Counted from the stretch's first letter, positions 19,733 to 33,988 are shown. The stretch: 64,000 nucleotides of DNA from Escherichia coli (GCF_003018255.1 NZ_CP027440.1), one strand, 5' to 3'. Program-made: numbers and translations. The notes: generated by a model from the letters alone, not told the origin.

Positions 19733-21021
19733 AGGGAAAGATCACGCAACGCTGCTTTTTTGTACTAAATAATTCGCATTTTATGTTTAAAAATTGAGAT
19801 ATTCCTCATTACCTGAAGCTGTTTTTTATTGCTTATACATGATCAAATACTCCTTACATAATTAAGGAGAACAAAATGGAACTTAAAAAATTGATGGAGC
19901 ATATTTCTATTATCCCCGATTACAGACAAGCCTGGAAAGTGGAACATAAATTGTCGGATATTCTACTGTTGACTATTTGTGCCGTTATTTCTGGTGCAGA
20001 AGGCTGGGAAGATATAGAGGATTTTGGGGAAACACATCTCGATTTTTTGAAGCAATATGGTGATTTTGAAAATGGTATTCCTGTTCACGATACCATTGCC
20101 AGAGTTGTATCCTGTATCAGTCCTGCAAAATTTCACGAGTGCTTTATTAACTGGATGCGTGACTGCCATTCTTCAGATGATAAAGACGTTATTGCAATTG
20201 ATGGAAAAACGCTCCGGCATTCTTATGACAAGAGTCGCCGCAGGGGAGCGATTCATGTCATTAGTGCGTTCTCAACAATGCACAGTCTGGTCATCGGACA
20301 GATCAGGACGGATGAGAAATCCAATGAGATCACAGCTATCCATGAACTTCTTAACATGTTGGATATTAAAGGAAAAATTATCACAACTGATGCGATGGGT
20401 TGCCAGAAAGATATCGCAGAGAAGATACAAAAACAGGGCGGTGATTATTTATTCGCTGTAAAAGGAAATCAGGGGCGGCTTAATAAAGCCTTTGAGGAAA
20501 AATTCCCACTGAAAGAATTAAATAATCCAGAGCATGACAGTTACGCAATTAGTGAAAAGAGTCACGGCAGAGAAGAAATCCGTCTTCACATTGTTTGCGA
20601 TGTCCCTGATGAACTTATTGATTTCATGTTTGAATGGAAAGGTCTGAAGAAATTATGCGTGGCAGTCTCCTTTCGGTCAATAATAGCAGAACAAAAGAAA
20701 GAGCCAGAAATGACGGTCAGATATTATATCAGTTCTGCTGATTTAACCGCAGAGAAGTTCGCCACAGCAATCCGAAACCACTGGCACGTGGAGAATAAGC
20801 TGCACTGGCGTCTGGACGTGGTAATGAATGAAGACGACTGCAAAATAAGAAGAGGAAATGCAGCAGAATTATTTTCAGGGATACGGCACATCGCTATTAA
20901 TATTTTAACGAATGATAATGTATTCAAGGCAGGGTTAAGACGTAAGATGCGAAAAGCAGCCATGGACAGAAACTACCTGGCGTCAGTCCTTGCTGGGAGC
21001 GGGCTTTCGTAATCTTTCCCT
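19733..21021 (+). mobile_element. H-repeat (ISAs1-family) element, copy 3
   Basis: 1289 bp, same inverted repeats; nearly identical to copy 1. Confidence 0.8.
19876..21012 (+). CDS. H-repeat-associated transposase (ISAs1 family), intact
   Basis: 378 aa intact ORF. Confidence 0.8.
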   Translation: MELKKLMEHISIIPDYRQAWKVEHKLSDILLLTICAVISGAEGWEDIEDFGETHLDFLKQYGDFENGIPVHDTIARVVSCISPAKFHECFINWMRDCHSSDDKDVIAIDGKTLRHSYDKSRRRGAIHVISAFSTMHSLVIGQIRTDEKSNEITAIHELLNMLDIKGKIITTDAMGCQKDIAEKIQKQGGDYLFAVKGNQGRLNKAFEEKFPLKELNNPEHDSYAISEKSHGREEIRLHIVCDVPDELIDFMFEWKGLKKLCVAVSFRSIIAEQKKEPEMTVRYYISSADLTAEKFATAIRNHWHVENKLHWRLDVVMNEDDCKIRRGNAAELFSGIRHIAINILTNDNVFKAGLRRKMRKAAMDRNYLASVLAGSGLS

Positions 21022-21050
21022 GGGGGAGCGGGCTTTCGTAGTCTTACCCT
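21022..21050 (+). repeat. 29-bp degenerate remnant of an H-repeat right end
   Basis: GGGGGAGCGGGCTTTCGTAGTCTTACCCT, a decayed copy of the element terminus. Confidence 0.5.
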
Positions 21051-21081
21051 GACTCTCCCCAGCCCTAAACACAACCCCCAC

Positions 21082-21852
21082 TCACCACAACCTAAACTCA
21101 TCCGCATCCCGCCATGCCGGAAACTTTTCTCTATATTCCCGCAATGCCATCATCGACAGCTCCGCATCAATGCGCGTTGCCTGATGCGCGTCGGCAGTAG
21201 CGATAATCTCGCCTTGCGGATTAATCACCCGGCTGTCACCGCGATAATGGCAGCCGTTGCCATCGCTGCCGACGCGATTGCATCCCGCCACATACGCTTG
21301 ATTCTCAATCGCGCGGGCTGTCAGCAATGCCTGCCAGTGCAGAGAGCGCGGAGCAGGCCAGTTGGCGACGTACAGGGCGAGGTCATAATCGTTGAGATTG
21401 CGCGACCACACCGGAAAACGTAAGTCGTAGCACACCAGCGGCAAAATACGCCAGCCGCGCCATTCCACAATCACTCGCTCATTGCCCGCTTTATAATGCA
21501 GATGCTCATCTGCCATGCGGAACAGATGACGCTTATCATAAAAATGTACCGTGCCGCCCGGCTCAACCAGCAAAAAGCGGTTAACCGAACCAGACTCCGT
21601 TTGTAATGCAACACTGCCTGCAATCAGCGCATTGCACTGCTGCGCTTTAGCGGTCATCCAGTTCACTACGTCATCTTGTGCTAGCGACGAAGCTGCCGCT
21701 TCCATGGCAAAGCCGCTGGTAAACATCTCCGGTAGAACGATCACATCGCGCCCGGTAATACCTTCCAGTTGACGATCAAAATGGCGCAGGTTGGCAGGAC
21801 CATCCATCCACACCAGTGGTTGCTGCAAAAGCGTAATCTTCAAACCAGGCAC
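21082..21852 (-). CDS. yafV: 2-oxoglutaramate amidase / C-N hydrolase (nitrilase superfamily)
   Basis: About 256 aa from a GTG start with AAGGAG RBS; position matches K-12 yafV. Confidence 0.8.
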   Translation of the reverse strand: MPGLKITLLQQPLVWMDGPANLRHFDRQLEGITGRDVIVLPEMFTSGFAMEAAASSLAQDDVVNWMTAKAQQCNALIAGSVALQTESGSVNRFLLVEPGGTVHFYDKRHLFRMADEHLHYKAGNERVIVEWRGWRILPLVCYDLRFPVWSRNLNDYDLALYVANWPAPRSLHWQALLTARAIENQAYVAGCNRVGSDGNGCHYRGDSRVINPQGEIIATADAHQATRIDAELSMMALREYREKFPAWRDADEFRLW

Positions 21853-22005
21853 GGTGTACAACTCCTTTATGCGAAGGGTTTTATAACTCTAACACCTTAT
21901 CAGGCAGTTGCCTTAGCGCAGAATAAATTGATAACAAATGCTGATATTGGAAATATCTGATTTGCAAATTATCGTGTTATCGCCAGGCTTTAGGGAGTTA
22001 ATCAC

Positions 22006-22479
22006 ATGGGCAGGATAAGCCCGGGAGGAATGATGTTTAAGGCAATAACGACAGTCGCCGCTCTGGTCATCGCCACCAGTGCAATGGCGCAGGATGATTT
22101 AACCATTAGCAGTCTTGCAAAGGGCGAAACCACCAAAGCGGCGTTTAATCAGATGGTGCAAGGGCATAAGCTGCCTGCCTGGGTGATGAAAGGCGGTACT
22201 TATACTCCCGCACAAACCGTGACATTGGGAGATGAGACGTATCAGGTGATGAGCGCGTGCAAACCGCATGACTGTGGCTCGCAACGTATCGCTGTGATGT
22301 GGTCCGAGAAATCTAATCAGATGACGGGGCTGTTCTCGACTATTGATGAGAAAACGTCGCAAGAGAAACTCACCTGGTTGAATGTGAACGATGCGCTTTC
22401 TATTGATGGTAAAACGGTGCTGTTCGCGGCGTTGACCGGCAGCCTGGAAAACCATCCGGATGGCTTTAATTTTAAATAA
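22006..22479 (+). CDS. ivy: inhibitor of vertebrate lysozyme (periplasmic)
   Basis: 157 aa with signal peptide; conserved CKPHDC motif; position after yafV. Confidence 0.85.
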   Translation: MGRISPGGMMFKAITTVAALVIATSAMAQDDLTISSLAKGETTKAAFNQMVQGHKLPAWVMKGGTYTPAQTVTLGDETYQVMSACKPHDCGSQRIAVMWSEKSNQMTGLFSTIDEKTSQEKLTWLNVNDALSIDGKTVLFAALTGSLENHPDGFNFK

Positions 22480-22521
22480 TTAGCGGATAAAGAAACGGAG
22501 CCTTTCGGCTCCGTTATTCAA

Positions 22522-24966
22522 TTACGCGGCTTCAACTTTCCGCACTTTCTCCGGCAACTTTACCGGCTTCGTCGCCAGCTCTTCCGGATCAAAGTCATCA
22601 ACGTTAATACTGCGCAGACGGCTTTCTTCAGCTTTCACCAGAATAGCGGCTTCATCTTTATCAATCAGCCCCTTCGCCAGCGCGTTGTGCGCCAGTTCAT
22701 CCAGACGGGTAAACGGCAGGTTTTTACCCAGCTCTTTACAGATCCGCTGATGAATCGGGTCGGCGGCAATCACATCCACCAGCGCCTCTTCCAGTAAACC
22801 AACCGGGTTATGCTCGCTCGGCGTCAGGTACTGACCGCGACCAATGCGGGAACGGGTGGCGTTCGGCACTTGTAAAATCTTCGCCACCTTATGATCCAGC
22901 TTGTCAGAAGGTGCCAGATAATGACGTCCGGTCGGGAAGATCACCACATTCAGCAGCCCGGCAACCACGCGGTTCGGGAAGTTTTGCAGTAAATCGTCCA
23001 TCGCCTGTTCTGCCTGATACAGCGCATCCTGTACGCCCCAGTGCACCAGCGGCAGGTCGGCTTCGTTGCGGCCTTCGTCGTCATAACGCTTCAAAACGGC
23101 AGAGGCGAGGTAAAGCTGACTTAAAATATCCCCCAGACGTGCCGAGATACGCTCACGACGTTTCAGGCTGCCGCCCAGCACCGCCATCGAGACATCAGAA
23201 AGCAGGGCGAGGTTGGCGCTCAGGCGGTTCAGGTGCTGATAGTAGCGTTTAGTGGCATCGCCGGTTGGCGTGCTGCTGGTTAAACCGCGCGTCAGGCCCA
23301 GCCAGAAGCTGCGAACTTTGTTGCTACCGACGTGACCGATATGTTTGAACAGCAGTTTATCGAACGCATTTACGTCATTGTTCTTCGCCGCTTCCATCTC
23401 TTCCAGCACGTACGGATGGCAACGAATCGCTCCTTGTCCGAAGATCATCATGCTGCGGGTCAGAATGTTAGCCCCTTCAACGGTGATGGCAATCGGTGCG
23501 CCCTGGTAAGCACGGGCCAGGAAGTTACTTTGCCCGAGCATAATGCCTTTGCCACCAGTGATATCCATCGCATCAATAATCGACTGCTGCCCACGGTGGG
23601 TACAGTGATACTTAACGATAGCCGACAGCACGGCAGGTTTTTCACCGAGCATAATGCCGTAGGTAATCAGCGATGCCGCAGCATCCATTACATAAGCGTT
23701 TCCGGCAATACGCGCCAGCGGCTCTTCAATCCCTTCCATCTTACCAATAGAGATTTTGAACTGACGGCGGATGTGCGCATACGCACCCGTTGCCAGCGCT
23801 ACCGATTTCACGCCGCCGGTTGAGTTGGAAGGCAGGGTGATACCGCGGCCTACCGAGAGGCACTCCACCAGCATCCGCCAGCCTTGCCCGGCCATTTTGG
23901 GTCCGCCGATAATGTAATCGATCGGTACGAAGACATCTTTACCGCGCGTCGGTCCGTTCTGGAACGGCACGTTCAGCGGGAAGTGGCGACGACCAATTTC
24001 CACGCCCGGCGTGGTGGTCGGGATCAGCGCACAGGTAATACCTAAATCTTCTGCGCCACCCAGCAGTTTTTCCGGGTCGGAGAGTTTAAACGCCAGACCA
24101 AGCACGGTCGCAATCGGCGCGAGCGTAATGTAGCGTTTGTTCCAGGTCAGTCGCATCCCCAGCACCTGCTGGCCCTGCCACTCGCCCATGCAAACAATCC
24201 CGGTATCCGGAATCGCGCCCGCATCGGAACCCGCTTCGGGGCTGGTCAGTGCAAAGCAAGGGATCTCCTGACCACGCGCCAGACGCGGCAGATAGTGATC
24301 TTTCTGCTCGTCAGTGCCGTAATGTTGCAGTAGCTCACCCGGGCCTAATGAGTTTGGCACGCCGACGGTAATCGCCAGGATCCCGCTCACTCCGGAGAGT
24401 TTTTGCAGCACGCGAGACTGGGCATAAGCCGAGAACTCCAGCCCGCCGTACTCTTTTTTGATGATCATCGCGAAGAAGCGATGCTCTTTAAGATACGCCC
24501 ACAGCTCCGGCGGCAAATCCGCCAGCTCATGGGTAATCTGGAAATCATTCGCCATCCTGCAGGCTTCTTCTACCGGGCCGTCGAGAAACGCTTGCTCTTC
24601 TGCGGTCAGGCGCGGCTGCGGATAGTTATGCAGCTTTTTCCAGTCCGGCTTGCCCTGGAACAAATCGCCTTCCCACCAGGTGGTGCCCGCATCAATCGCT
24701 TCTTTCTCAGTGCGCGACATCGGCGGCATCACCTTACGGAAACCGCGAAATACCGGCGCGGAAATCATCGACTTACGCATAGGCGCAAAGTTAAATGGCA
24801 CGAGGATAATGGCCAGAGGCACCAGTACCCACGCCGACCACAGACCAGCAACGCCGAGTGCGGCTGTCCAGGCGAGCAAAATCAGACTGCTGATAAATAA
24901 GCTCACGCGGTGATAGAACAACGCGCCGAGCAGGACAACCGTAGCGAGAATACTCAAAATCATCAT
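22522..24966 (-). CDS. fadE: acyl-CoA dehydrogenase FadE
   Basis: 814 aa from the internal MMILSIL start (ORF track extends 26 codons upstream); N-terminal membrane segment plus acyl-CoA dehydrogenase body. Confidence 0.9.
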   Translation of the reverse strand: MMILSILATVVLLGALFYHRVSLFISSLILLAWTAALGVAGLWSAWVLVPLAIILVPFNFAPMRKSMISAPVFRGFRKVMPPMSRTEKEAIDAGTTWWEGDLFQGKPDWKKLHNYPQPRLTAEEQAFLDGPVEEACRMANDFQITHELADLPPELWAYLKEHRFFAMIIKKEYGGLEFSAYAQSRVLQKLSGVSGILAITVGVPNSLGPGELLQHYGTDEQKDHYLPRLARGQEIPCFALTSPEAGSDAGAIPDTGIVCMGEWQGQQVLGMRLTWNKRYITLAPIATVLGLAFKLSDPEKLLGGAEDLGITCALIPTTTPGVEIGRRHFPLNVPFQNGPTRGKDVFVPIDYIIGGPKMAGQGWRMLVECLSVGRGITLPSNSTGGVKSVALATGAYAHIRRQFKISIGKMEGIEEPLARIAGNAYVMDAAASLITYGIMLGEKPAVLSAIVKYHCTHRGQQSIIDAMDITGGKGIMLGQSNFLARAYQGAPIAITVEGANILTRSMMIFGQGAIRCHPYVLEEMEAAKNNDVNAFDKLLFKHIGHVGSNKVRSFWLGLTRGLTSSTPTGDATKRYYQHLNRLSANLALLSDVSMAVLGGSLKRRERISARLGDILSQLYLASAVLKRYDDEGRNEADLPLVHWGVQDALYQAEQAMDDLLQNFPNRVVAGLLNVVIFPTGRHYLAPSDKLDHKVAKILQVPNATRSRIGRGQYLTPSEHNPVGLLEEALVDVIAADPIHQRICKELGKNLPFTRLDELAHNALAKGLIDKDEAAILVKAEESRLRSINVDDFDPEELATKPVKLPEKVRKVEAA

Positions 24967-25205
24967 AACGAAAAGCCCCTTACTTGTAGGAGGTCTGACC
25001 ACTTGTGATGATATGGTTGTAGTGGATGTAAAAACATTTAGCAATACGTTTACAATATAATTACAACAAAGCTCACATTGTTGCTGTTTTTATCCGCACT
25101 TCAGGTCAAAAAGTCCTGGTCATAGCACCTGCCCGTACTTCTCGCTTTTGGCGGTATCCGGTACACTGCATTTTGTCTATTACATTTATGCTGAAGGATA
25201 TCCTC

Positions 25206-25784
25206 ATGTACCAGGATCTTATTCGTAACGAACTGAACGAAGCGGCGGAAACGCTGGCTAATTTTTTAAAAGATGACGCCAATATTCACGCCATTCAGCA
25301 CGCGGCGGTCCTGTTAGCAGACAGCTTTAAAGCCGGTGGCAAAGTGCTTTCCTGCGGCAACGGCGGCTCCCATTGCGACGCTATGCACTTTGCCGAAGAG
25401 TTGACCGGTCGCTACCGTGAAAACCGTCCGGGCTACCCGGCGATTGCCATTTCTGACGTCAGCCATATTTCCTGCGTCGGTAACGATTTTGGTTTCAATG
25501 ATATTTTCTCCCGTTACGTTGAAGCGGTAGGTCGCGAAGGCGATGTACTGCTGGGGATCTCCACCTCCGGTAACTCTGCAAACGTGATCAAAGCGATCGC
25601 GGCGGCGCGTGAGAAGGGGATGAAAGTGATCACCCTGACCGGTAAAGACGGCGGCAAAATGGCTGGCACAGCGGATATCGAAATTCGCGTACCGCACTTT
25701 GGTTATGCCGACCGCATTCAGGAGATCCACATTAAAGTGATCCATATCCTGATCCAGTTAATTGAAAAAGAGATGGTTAAGTAA
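25206..25784 (+). CDS. gmhA: D-sedoheptulose-7-phosphate isomerase
   Basis: 192 aa from [10 protein letters not shown] with AAGGA RBS; SIS-domain protein. Confidence 0.9.
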   Translation: MYQDLIRNELNEAAETLANFLKDDANIHAIQHAAVLLADSFKAGGKVLSCGNGGSHCDAMHFAEELTGRYRENRPGYPAIAISDVSHISCVGNDFGFNDIFSRYVEAVGREGDVLLGISTSGNSANVIKAIAAAREKGMKVITLTGKDGGKMAGTADIEIRVPHFGYADRIQEIHIKVIHILIQLIEKEMVK

Positions 25785-25899
25785 GGTCTTTTCTCCCTTT
25801 CAGGGAGAGGGCCGGGGTGAGGGTAACAGCCTGAACCTTTGTACTTTTTAATCAATCTTCGCCGGGGGCCATGCGCTCCCGCTGTTGTGGAGGTTACCC

Positions 25900-26667
25900 A
25901 TGTGCGAATTGCTCGGGATGAGCGCCAACGTCCCTACCGATATCTGCTTTAGTTTCACCGGACTTGTACAGCGTGGTGGTGGAACCGGGCCACATAAAGA
26001 TGGCTGGGGCATTACCTTTTACGAAGGTAAAGGCTGTCGCACATTTAAAGATCCGCAACCCAGCTTTAATTCCCCCATCGCCAAACTTGTCCAGGACTAC
26101 CCGATAAAATCCTGTTCGGTGGTGGCTCATATTCGCCAGGCTAATCGGGGCGAGGTGGCGCTGGAAAATACTCACCCGTTTACCCGCGAGTTATGGGGGC
26201 GTAACTGGACTTATGCCCATAATGGACAACTGACGGGCTACAAATCACTGGAAACCGGCAACTTCCGCCCGGTCGGTGAAACCGATAGCGAAAAAGCCTT
26301 TTGCTGGCTCCTGCATAAATTAACGCAGCGTTACCCGCGCACACCGGGCAACATGGCGGCAGTGTTTAAATATATCGCCTCACTGGCGGATGAACTGCGG
26401 CAGAAGGGCGTTTTCAACATGCTGCTTTCTGACGGGCGCTATGTAATGGCGTATTGCTCGACTAATTTACACTGGATCACCCGCCGCGCGCCGTTTGGCG
26501 TGGCAACGTTGCTGGATCAGGATGTGGAAATCGACTTCAGCTCGCAGACCACACCGAATGATGTGGTCACGGTGATTGCGACACAGCCGCTGACGGGCAA
26601 TGAAACCTGGCAAAAGATTATGCCAGGTGAATGGCGCTTATTTTGCCTCGGGGAGCGTGTAGTTTGA
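25900..26667 (+). CDS. yafJ: class II glutamine amidotransferase-like protein
   Basis: 255 aa starting MCELLGM (N-terminal Cys after Met), GGAGG RBS. Confidence 0.8.
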   Translation: MCELLGMSANVPTDICFSFTGLVQRGGGTGPHKDGWGITFYEGKGCRTFKDPQPSFNSPIAKLVQDYPIKSCSVVAHIRQANRGEVALENTHPFTRELWGRNWTYAHNGQLTGYKSLETGNFRPVGETDSEKAFCWLLHKLTQRYPRTPGNMAAVFKYIASLADELRQKGVFNMLLSDGRYVMAYCSTNLHWITRRAPFGVATLLDQDVEIDFSSQTTPNDVVTVIATQPLTGNETWQKIMPGEWRLFCLGERVV

Positions 26668-27378
26668 TGCCAGTTGTGGCTGCACAACTTCGTGGCTTAA
26701 CGGCTTGCTGACCACGTAACGGCCATTGACCACAGAAACGGTCGGTGGCTTACGGGTTTGCTCAAAGTAGTCGTAGCCTGGCTTCAGTTGCTCCCAGAAG
26801 TCCTTAAAGTTGGAATATTTATGGCGCTTCATATTGGCGTCGGTCATACGGAACGGGTAAATACTCACTTGCACGCTCGGCTGACCAAACACCAGCGCAC
26901 CAGTAACGAACTGGAAGATCTCATCAATACCCTGATTGGTCATCGCGTAGCAGCCGATGGAAACACAATCGCCGTGAATCATCAGGTATTTCCCTTCATA
27001 ACCATGCGCACGGTCATAGGCGTTTGGGAATCCAATATTAATCGCTTTGTAGTAACGGCTGTCTGGTTTTAACTGATTACGCTGGACGCTATAAAACCCT
27101 TCCGGGCTTTTGAAATCGCCCTGACGCTGTTTTGGCCCTAAGCCGCCGGAATATTTACAGATTTTATAGCTGTCGAGCAGTTGATATTGCTCGCCCATTT
27201 TGACGTAGAGATCGAGCGTACGTTCTTCCTTGAAGATCTGGATGTAGACAGGGGATCCCATCAACTGCTGCTTATACTCTTTGCTCACTGGCGTGGTCGA
27301 GCTACTGCTGCCCAGCAAACCGGCAAACGAAACGCACGGGATCAACAACATCGCAAGAATTAATGCGATTTTACGCAT
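26638..27378 (-). CDS. yafK: L,D-transpeptidase family periplasmic protein
   Basis: 246 aa with signal peptide; YkuD-like core. Confidence 0.8.
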   Translation of the reverse strand: MRKIALILAMLLIPCVSFAGLLGSSSSTTPVSKEYKQQLMGSPVYIQIFKEERTLDLYVKMGEQYQLLDSYKICKYSGGLGPKQRQGDFKSPEGFYSVQRNQLKPDSRYYKAINIGFPNAYDRAHGYEGKYLMIHGDCVSIGCYAMTNQGIDEIFQFVTGALVFGQPSVQVSIYPFRMTDANMKRHKYSNFKDFWEQLKPGYDYFEQTRKPPTVSVVNGRYVVSKPLSHEVVQPQLASNYTLPEAK

Positions 27379-27680
27379 ACTGCTTATTCCTTGATAAAAC
27401 GGTTACACACGCCAGGACGGCAAAATGAATCCCAAATCGGAATAGTCTGGATTTGGAAGGCTCACATTATCACCAAAAGAGTTTTACGCAAGCCTGTCGG
27501 CGCAGGGTTTACAAATTTAGCACAGGGGCAGTTTTCAAGAGTCCGAAAAGCGCATGGATTGTAGATTTATTTCTTATTTCCTAAGATTATGAAACCGCAA
27601 TAGTAATATGCAAATAAGCAATTAATAATCCCGTTTACTCCTCCGGTCTTTTAAAATTCTCACCTTCATTCAGCTGGTTT

Positions 27681-28439
27681 ATGTCCTTCATGTCTTCGTT
27701 CTTGCACGGCAGATTTCTGCATCCAGGCGTGTTTTCGTTATGCGTTTTGCTCCCTTTACTCGCCAGCGCCACCACATCACATATCTCTTTCAGCTACGCC
27801 GCCCGCCAGCGGATGCAAAACCGTGCGCGTTTATTAAAACAGTACCAAACCCATCTGAAAAAGCAGGCCAGCTATATTGTGGAAGGCAATGCCAAAAGCA
27901 GAAGGGCGCTGCGCCAGCATAATCGGGAGCAGATAAAACAGCATCCAGAATGGTTTCCTGCGCCGCTCAAGGCGAGTGACAGACGCTGGCAGGCGCTGGC
28001 GGAGAACAACCATTTCTTAAGCAGCGACCATCTACACAACATCACCGAAGTGGCGATTCACCGCATGGAGCAGCAGCTTGGTAAGCCTTACGTCTGGGGC
28101 GGCACGCGGCCCGATCAAGGCTTCGACTGTAGCGGGTTGGTTTTTTATGCCTACAACAAGATCCTCGAGGCGAAGCTCCCGCGTACGGCCAATGAGATGT
28201 ATCACTACCATCGGGCAACGATTGTGGCGAATAACGACCTGCGCCGGGGAGATTTGCTGTTTTTCCATATTCACAGCCGTGAGATTGCCGATCATATGGG
28301 CGTGTATCTGGGAGACGGGCAATTTATCGAATCGCCACGCACGGGGGAAACCATACGGGTAAGCCGGTTAGCCGAACCTTTCTGGCAGGACCACTTTTTG
28401 GGCGCGCGCAGGATTTTGACGGAAGAGACGATTTTGTAG
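27681..28439 (+). CDS. yafL: NlpC/P60-family peptidoglycan endopeptidase
   Basis: 252 aa; signal peptide; conserved Cys (FDCSGLV) and His of NlpC/P60. Confidence 0.8.
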   Translation: MSFMSSFLHGRFLHPGVFSLCVLLPLLASATTSHISFSYAARQRMQNRARLLKQYQTHLKKQASYIVEGNAKSRRALRQHNREQIKQHPEWFPAPLKASDRRWQALAENNHFLSSDHLHNITEVAIHRMEQQLGKPYVWGGTRPDQGFDCSGLVFYAYNKILEAKLPRTANEMYHYHRATIVANNDLRRGDLLFFHIHSREIADHMGVYLGDGQFIESPRTGETIRVSRLAEPFWQDHFLGARRILTEETIL

Positions 28440-28440
28440 G

Positions 28441-28530
28441 GCGGATAGGGCGTTTACGCCGCATCCGGCGGTTATGCGCCGATGCCTGATGCGACGCTGG
28501 CACGTCTTATCATGCCTACAAGTCTGCGAA
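28441..28530. repeat. REP (repetitive extragenic palindromic) sequence upstream of rayT
   Basis: GCCGCATCCGGCG...GCCTGATGCGACGCTGGCACGTCTTATCATGCCTAC REP-type palindromic unit. Confidence 0.7.
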
Positions 28531-28614
28531 TATTTTGCGAGCCGCTTTCCCGATATAACACACCCTCATTGTCGACTTTTCCTTTTCTTCTTACCGTTGA
28601 GAAAAGGAGCCGCT

Positions 28615-29112
28615 ATGTCTGAATATCGTCGTTATTACATCAAGGGTGGAACATGGTTTTTCACGGTAAATTTACGGAATCGTCGAAGCCAACTTTTGAC
28701 CGCTCAGTTCCAGATGCTCCGTAACGCCATTATTAACGTTAAGCGAGACAGGCCTTTTGAAATTAACGCCTGGGTCGTTTTGCCGGAACATATGCACTGT
28801 ATCTGGACATTACCCGAAAGCGATGATGATTTTTCCTCTCGCTGGCGGGAGATTAAAAAACAGTTCACCCATGCTTGTGGATTGCAAAATATGTGGCAAC
28901 CGCGTTTTTGGGAGCATGCCATTCGCAATACCAAAGATTATCGTCATCATGTTGATTATATTTACATAAATCCAGTGAAACATGGCTGGGTAAAGCAGGT
29001 GAGTGATTGGCCATTCTCAACGTTCCATCGCGATGTCGCGAAAGGTTTATATCCCATCGATTGGGCGGGGGACGTAACGGATTTTAGTGCCGGGGAGCGT
29101 ATTATTTTATAA
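28615..29112 (+). CDS. rayT: REP-associated tyrosine transposase (HUH family)
   Basis: 165 aa from MSEYRRYYIKGG with AAAAGGAG RBS; HMH motif and conserved Tyr; flanked by REP units. Confidence 0.85.
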   Translation: MSEYRRYYIKGGTWFFTVNLRNRRSQLLTAQFQMLRNAIINVKRDRPFEINAWVVLPEHMHCIWTLPESDDDFSSRWREIKKQFTHACGLQNMWQPRFWEHAIRNTKDYRHHVDYIYINPVKHGWVKQVSDWPFSTFHRDVAKGLYPIDWAGDVTDFSAGERIIL

Positions 29113-29329
29113 TTGTGCGCCGGTGCCGGATGCGCTTACGCTTATCCGGCCTACAAATCTGTGCCTTAACGGTAGGCCGGATAAGGCGTTCACGCCGCAT
29201 CCGGCGGTTGTGCGCAGATGCCTGATGCGACGCTAGCGCGTCTTATCATGCCTACAAATCTATGCCTTAACGGTAGGCCGGATAAGGCGTTCACGCCGCA
29301 TCCGGCAATTGTGCACCGATGCCGGATTC
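29113..29329. repeat. cluster of REP sequences (BIME-like) downstream of rayT
   Basis: Several tandem REP units (…GCCGGATAAGGCGTTCACGCCGCATCCGGC…). Confidence 0.75.
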
Positions 29330-31799
<2,470 letters not shown>

Positions 31800-31835
31800 A
31801 TGCTGAATCTTTACGCATTTCTCAAACCCTGAAAT

Positions 31836-31855
31836 CACTGTATACTTTACCAGTG
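31836..31855 (+). promoter_or_regulatory. LexA (SOS) box of dinB
   Basis: CACTGTATACTTTACCAGTG, a CTGT-N8-ACAG palindrome about 15 bp upstream of the dinB start. Confidence 0.75.
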
Positions 31856-31869
31856 TTGAGAGGTGAGCA

Positions 31870-32925
31870 ATGCGTAAAATCATTCATGTGGATATGGACT
31901 GCTTTTTCGCAGCGGTGGAGATGCGCGATAATCCCGCCCTGCGCGATATCCCTATTGCTATTGGCGGCAGCCGCGAACGACGGGGGGTGATCAGCACCGC
32001 CAATTATCCCGCGCGTAAATTTGGCGTACGTAGCGCTATGCCGACAGGGATGGCGCTCAAATTATGCCCGCATCTCACCTTGCTTCCGGGGCGCTTTGAC
32101 GCCTACAAAGAAGCCTCAAATCATATCCGTGAAATCTTCTCGCGCTACACCTCGCGTATTGAACCGTTGTCACTGGATGAAGCCTATCTCGATGTCACTG
32201 ATAGCGTCCATTGCCACGGTTCTGCGACCCTCATCGCCCAGGAAATCCGCCAGACGATCTTCAACGAGCTGCAACTGACGGCATCTGCGGGCGTGGCACC
32301 AGTAAAGTTTCTCGCCAAAATCGCCTCCGACATGAATAAACCCAACGGTCAGTTTGTGATTACGCCGGCAGAAGTTCCGGCATTTCTGCAAACCTTACCG
32401 CTGGCAAAAATTCCCGGCGTCGGCAAAGTCTCGGCGGCAAAACTGGAAGCGATGGGGCTGCGGACCTGCGGTGATGTGCAAAAGTGTGATCTGGTGATTC
32501 TGCTTAAACGCTTTGGCAAATTTGGCCGCATTTTGTGGGAGCGTAGTCAGGGGATTGACGAGCGCGACGTTAACAGTGAACGGTTGCGAAAATCCGTCGG
32601 CGTGGAACGCACGATGGCGGAAGATATTCATCACTGGTCTGAATGTGAAGCGATTATCGAGCGGCTGTATCCTGAACTTGAACGCCGTCTGGCAAAGGTG
32701 AAACCTGATTTACTGATCGCCCGTCAGGGAGTGAAATTAAAGTTCGACGATTTTCAGCAAACTACTCAGGAGCACGTCTGGCCACGGCTGAATAAAGCTG
32801 ATCTAATCGCCACTGCGCGTAAAACCTGGGATGAACGCCGCGGCGGGCGCGGTGTGCGACTGGTGGGGCTGCATGTGACGTTACTTGACCCGCAAATGGA
32901 AAGACAACTGGTGTTGGGATTATGA
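31870..32925 (+). CDS. dinB: DNA polymerase IV (Y-family translesion polymerase)
   Basis: 351 aa, [22 protein letters not shown]... canonical DinB N-terminus. Confidence 0.95.
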   Translation: MRKIIHVDMDCFFAAVEMRDNPALRDIPIAIGGSRERRGVISTANYPARKFGVRSAMPTGMALKLCPHLTLLPGRFDAYKEASNHIREIFSRYTSRIEPLSLDEAYLDVTDSVHCHGSATLIAQEIRQTIFNELQLTASAGVAPVKFLAKIASDMNKPNGQFVITPAEVPAFLQTLPLAKIPGVGKVSAAKLEAMGLRTCGDVQKCDLVILLKRFGKFGRILWERSQGIDERDVNSERLRKSVGVERTMAEDIHHWSECEAIIERLYPELERRLAKVKPDLLIARQGVKLKFDDFQQTTQEHVWPRLNKADLIATARKTWDERRGGRGVRLVGLHVTLLDPQMERQLVLGL

Positions 32926-33374
32926 ATAACATACAAATAAGAGACTATCAGCCTGGCGATTTTCAGCAACTATGCGCTATTTTCCTTAGAGCGGTTACGA
33001 TGACCGCCAGTCAGCATTATTCACCACAACAAATTGCCGCCTGGGCGCAGAATGACGAATCTCGCTGGAAGGAGAAACTCGCGAAATCACAAGTGCGGGT
33101 TGCAGTCATTAATGCAAAACTGGTCGGCTTTATTACCTGCGTTGAACACTATATCGATATGTTATTTGTTGACCCTGAATACACCCGCCGCGGGGTTGCC
33201 AGCGCCTTGTTAAAACCTTTGATTAAGTCTGAATCCGAACTTACGGTGGACGCCAGCATAACCGCAAAACCCTTTTTTGAACGTTATGGTTTTCAGACAG
33301 TTAAGCAGCAGCACGTTGAATGCAGGGGAGCGTGGTTTACTAATTTTTCTATGCGATATAAACCGCAACATTAA
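32922..33374 (+). CDS. yafP: GNAT-family acetyltransferase
   Basis: 150 aa; start overlaps the dinB stop (ATGA). Confidence 0.8.
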   Translation: MNNIQIRDYQPGDFQQLCAIFLRAVTMTASQHYSPQQIAAWAQNDESRWKEKLAKSQVRVAVINAKLVGFITCVEHYIDMLFVDPEYTRRGVASALLKPLIKSESELTVDASITAKPFFERYGFQTVKQQHVECRGAWFTNFSMRYKPQH

Positions 33375-33691
33375 ATCCAGCTTGCAATGAAAATAACACC
33401 CGCCTGGTATGTGCGCGTTTTCTTATTCCACAAACTGCAAGGAGGTAAATCATGACAAATCCTTTATCAATGACTCTTTGCAGACCTTTCCAGGATTAAT
33501 TCTTTTTTTCTTGCCCTGGATTCGTCTGCCATTTCCTGATTTTTATATTTATATACTCTAAATAATTCGAGTTGCAGGAAGGCGACAAGCGAGTGAATCC
33601 CCAGGAGCTTACTAAAGTAAGTGACTGGGGTGAACGAACGCGGTCGCAGTACATGCAACTTGAAGTATGACGAGTATAAATGGAATGATAC

Positions 33692-33946
33692 ATGGGCAAA
33701 TATATTCGTCCCTTATCCGATGCGGTATTTACCATCGCATCTGATGACCTGTGGATCGAGAGTTTAGCGATCCAACAATTACACACCACGGCAAATTTAC
33801 CCAACATGCAGCGCGTTGTGGGGATGCCAGATTTACATCCCGGACGCGGCTACCCGATTGGCGCAGCGTTCTTCTCTGTTGGTCGTTTTTACCCGGCAAG
33901 ACGTCGCGGTAACGGTGCTGGAAACAGAAACGGGCCGCTACTCTGA
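33692..33946 (+). pseudogene. ykfJ: RtcB-like RNA ligase fragment
   Basis: Short ORF with the RtcB motif [14 protein letters not shown], far shorter than an intact RtcB; neighbouring frames carry further fragments. Confidence 0.55.
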
Positions 33947-33988
33947 CACGCTGCGTTCGGCGCTGATTTCTCTGGATGGCGATAATGC

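Noticed and set aside
22522-25044. Extended N-termini given by the ORF track for fadE (840 aa), gmhA (203 aa), yafJ (260 aa), rayT (212 aa), proB (380 aa)
   Set aside because: Internal start codons with good RBS and conserved N-termini give the expected protein lengths; the upstream extensions run through promoter or REP DNA.
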